Part shown: positions 62,173-64,000 of the stretch, piece by piece | Layout: the number at the start of each line of letters is the position of its first letter | Position numbering within the stretch: the first letter of the stretch is position 1 | NCBI RefSeq assembly: GCF_006345805.1 | Contig: NC_043000.1 | Coordinates: 110,050,001-110,114,000 of the forward strand | Origin: Octopus sinensis | Taxonomy: Eukaryota | DNA length: 64,000 bases | Direction: 5' to 3' | The notes under the pieces: model-generated | What the model saw: the letters and a program-made list of their open reading frames with translations, nothing else | Told to the model about the DNA's origin: nothing | Database searches by the model: none | Made by a program: the position numbers and the translations under genes

Positions 62173-62834
62173 CAAATCTTCACCATAATGAGAAAGGATT
62201 TTAGTTTGTTTTTTCCTTCCATTTTTTCCATTTCATTTCATCACCTGTTTTATATATGAAACTACAATCCATTTTGTAACCATGTAATTCTGGGCTCAGT
62301 CCCACTATGTGGGACCTTGAGCAAGTGTTTTCAGCTTCAGACCCAGATCAACCATTACCTTGTCAGTGGATTCGGTAGACAGAAACTATGAGCAACCACA
62401 TGATGTGTGCATGTGTGTGTGTACCAAGCTGAAACATGTACCAAAACAAGAGAAAAAAAATTAAAAACAGCTTAAGGGTCAAAACAATACAGAAAATATG
62501 ATAGTCACACTGGAACAGATTTTATCGAATTTAGAATGGTACACTTATCGTCAGGAATAGTATCCTACTGCTTTGCACTATCGGACATCCCCCGATTGCC
62601 CCACTCATTCCTACCCTGACACCTCACCACTCCAATTATTATCATCACTTTCTAACCTTAATGAATCACTCCTATCCTCTCTTCTAAAATTTGAGCAGCC
62701 TTGTTGCTCCTCTACAGCAAGAAACCTATTCTGCTCTGACCCTTTTCTCTCACTTAACCCCTCTCTACTCCTCATCTCCCAGCATAAAAGATTTCCCCCA
62801 TTCAGGTTCATAGTCTATCAAGCTGCAGAAGGCA

Positions 62835-63150
62835 TGTGACTAAGTGGTTAGGATATTCAGCTCGAGATTGTAAGATCAGGAGTTCAATACCTGGCAGTGT
62901 ATGGTGTGTCCTTGGGCAAGACACTTTATTTCATGTTGCTCCAGTCCACTCAGCTGGCAAAAATAGTTGTACCTGTATTTCAAAGGGCCAGCTTTTCCAC
63001 ATTTGGTGTCACAGTGAGTATCGCTGACAACTACATTAAGGGCATGCATATCTGTGGTGTACTCAGCCACTTACATGTTAATTTCACAAGCAGGTTGTTC
63101 CGTTGATCGGATCAACTGGAAATCTTGTAATCGCAACCAACGGAGTTCCA
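62835..63150 (+). mobile_element. SINE with tRNA-like head and family C 3' part
   Basis: taagtggttagg...ggagttcaatacc head; tail ttgtacctgtatttcaaagggccagc...gatcggatcaactgga matches 20900-21085. Confidence 0.78.
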
Positions 63151-63404
63151 GTTTTTCTAGCAACTGCATGGTGGCCTCACTAGTGTTGATGGCATGGTAA
63201 AAGCCCCCAGTACACCACTGTGAAGTGGCTGACATTAGGATTAGCTGTCACTTCTCACTTGCAAACCATTTCATATATTGGCAGAGTAAAAGAGGAGTTA
63301 TATATTTTTGTTATGGAATTGCTAGCAATGTGTCTCAAGCAGATCCAAAGATGTGGTTTCCAGAGTAATATGGCAGCACCAATAACAACAACAACAATAA
63401 TTCT

Positions 63405-63772
63405 TACTACTATAGGCAAAAGGCATGAAATTTAGTGGAGGGGGTCTAGTTGATTACATCAAACCCAGTGCGTAACTGGTACTTCATTTTATGGACTCCG
63501 AAAGGGTGAAAGATAAAATAGGTCTTGGTGGAATCTGAACTTAGAATACCTATTTCTTTACTACCCACAAGGAGCTAAACACAGAGAGGACAAACAAATT
63601 GATTAAGTCGATTATACTGACCCCAGTGAGTAACTGGTACTTATTTAATCAACTCCGAAAGGATGAAAGACAAAGCCGACCTCGGCGGAATTTGAACTCA
63701 GAACGTAACAACAGACGAAATACGGCTATGCATTTCACCCAGCGTGCTAACATTTCTGCCAGCTTGCTGCCT
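63405..63772 (-). mobile_element. Two adjacent SINE B copies
   Basis: Partial copy 63405-63545 and a complete variant-tail copy 63551-63772. Confidence 0.8.
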
Positions 63773-63848
63773 TTAAAACACCCCAACCACTGTACAGGCG
63801 CAGGCGTGGGTGTGTGGTAAAAAGCTTGCTTCTCAACCACATGGTGTG

Positions 63849-64000
63849 GAGAAAGCTTTTGACAGGGTCCCCTGCTCCCTTATCTGATGGTCAATGCAGA
63901 AGCTAGGAATAGACAAGTGGTTCGTGAGAGCTGTACAAACTATGTACAGTGATGCTGTTAGTAAGGTGAAAGTTGGCAACGACTATAGCAAGGAATTAAG
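63849..64000 (+). mobile_element. RTE-type reverse transcriptase fragment running off the window edge
   Basis: Reads EKAFDRVPCSLI*WSMQKLGIDKWFVRAVQTMYSDAVSKVKVG; one in-frame stop. Confidence 0.85.

Overview
AT-rich eukaryotic genomic DNA dense in microsatellites and retroposons. The repeat families look like those of Octopus (inference; not database-checked). One gene is well supported: a minus-strand ZMYND8 (PRKCBP1/RACK7) orthologue. I traced 19 consecutive GT-AG exons from 49859 to 19840 in one unbroken frame (3738 nt, about 1245 aa: PHD, bromodomain, PWWP, S/T-rich linker, coiled coil, MYND, S/T/Q-rich tail). A further upstream exon lies at 57070-57255, and its link to the PHD exon is unresolved. 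The rest is mostly three tRNA-derived SINE families, RTE- and CR1-type LINE fragments, TTAA-flanked piggyBac-type MITEs, many foldback elements and Penelope-like remnants. The most unusual structures are a zero-spacer 534-bp palindrome nested in an older 1.2-kb inverted repeat just past the ZMYND8 3' end, a recursive-splice-like AG|GTAAGA site at the last ZMYND8 exon, strong microexon-like splice signatures in 0.8-16 kb suggesting an unannotated second gene, and a copy-number-variable 67-bp hairpin array in the RTE 3' UTR. No CRISPR array, rRNA or true tRNA gene was found. Repeat boundaries are approximate unless a TSD or TIR is quoted.
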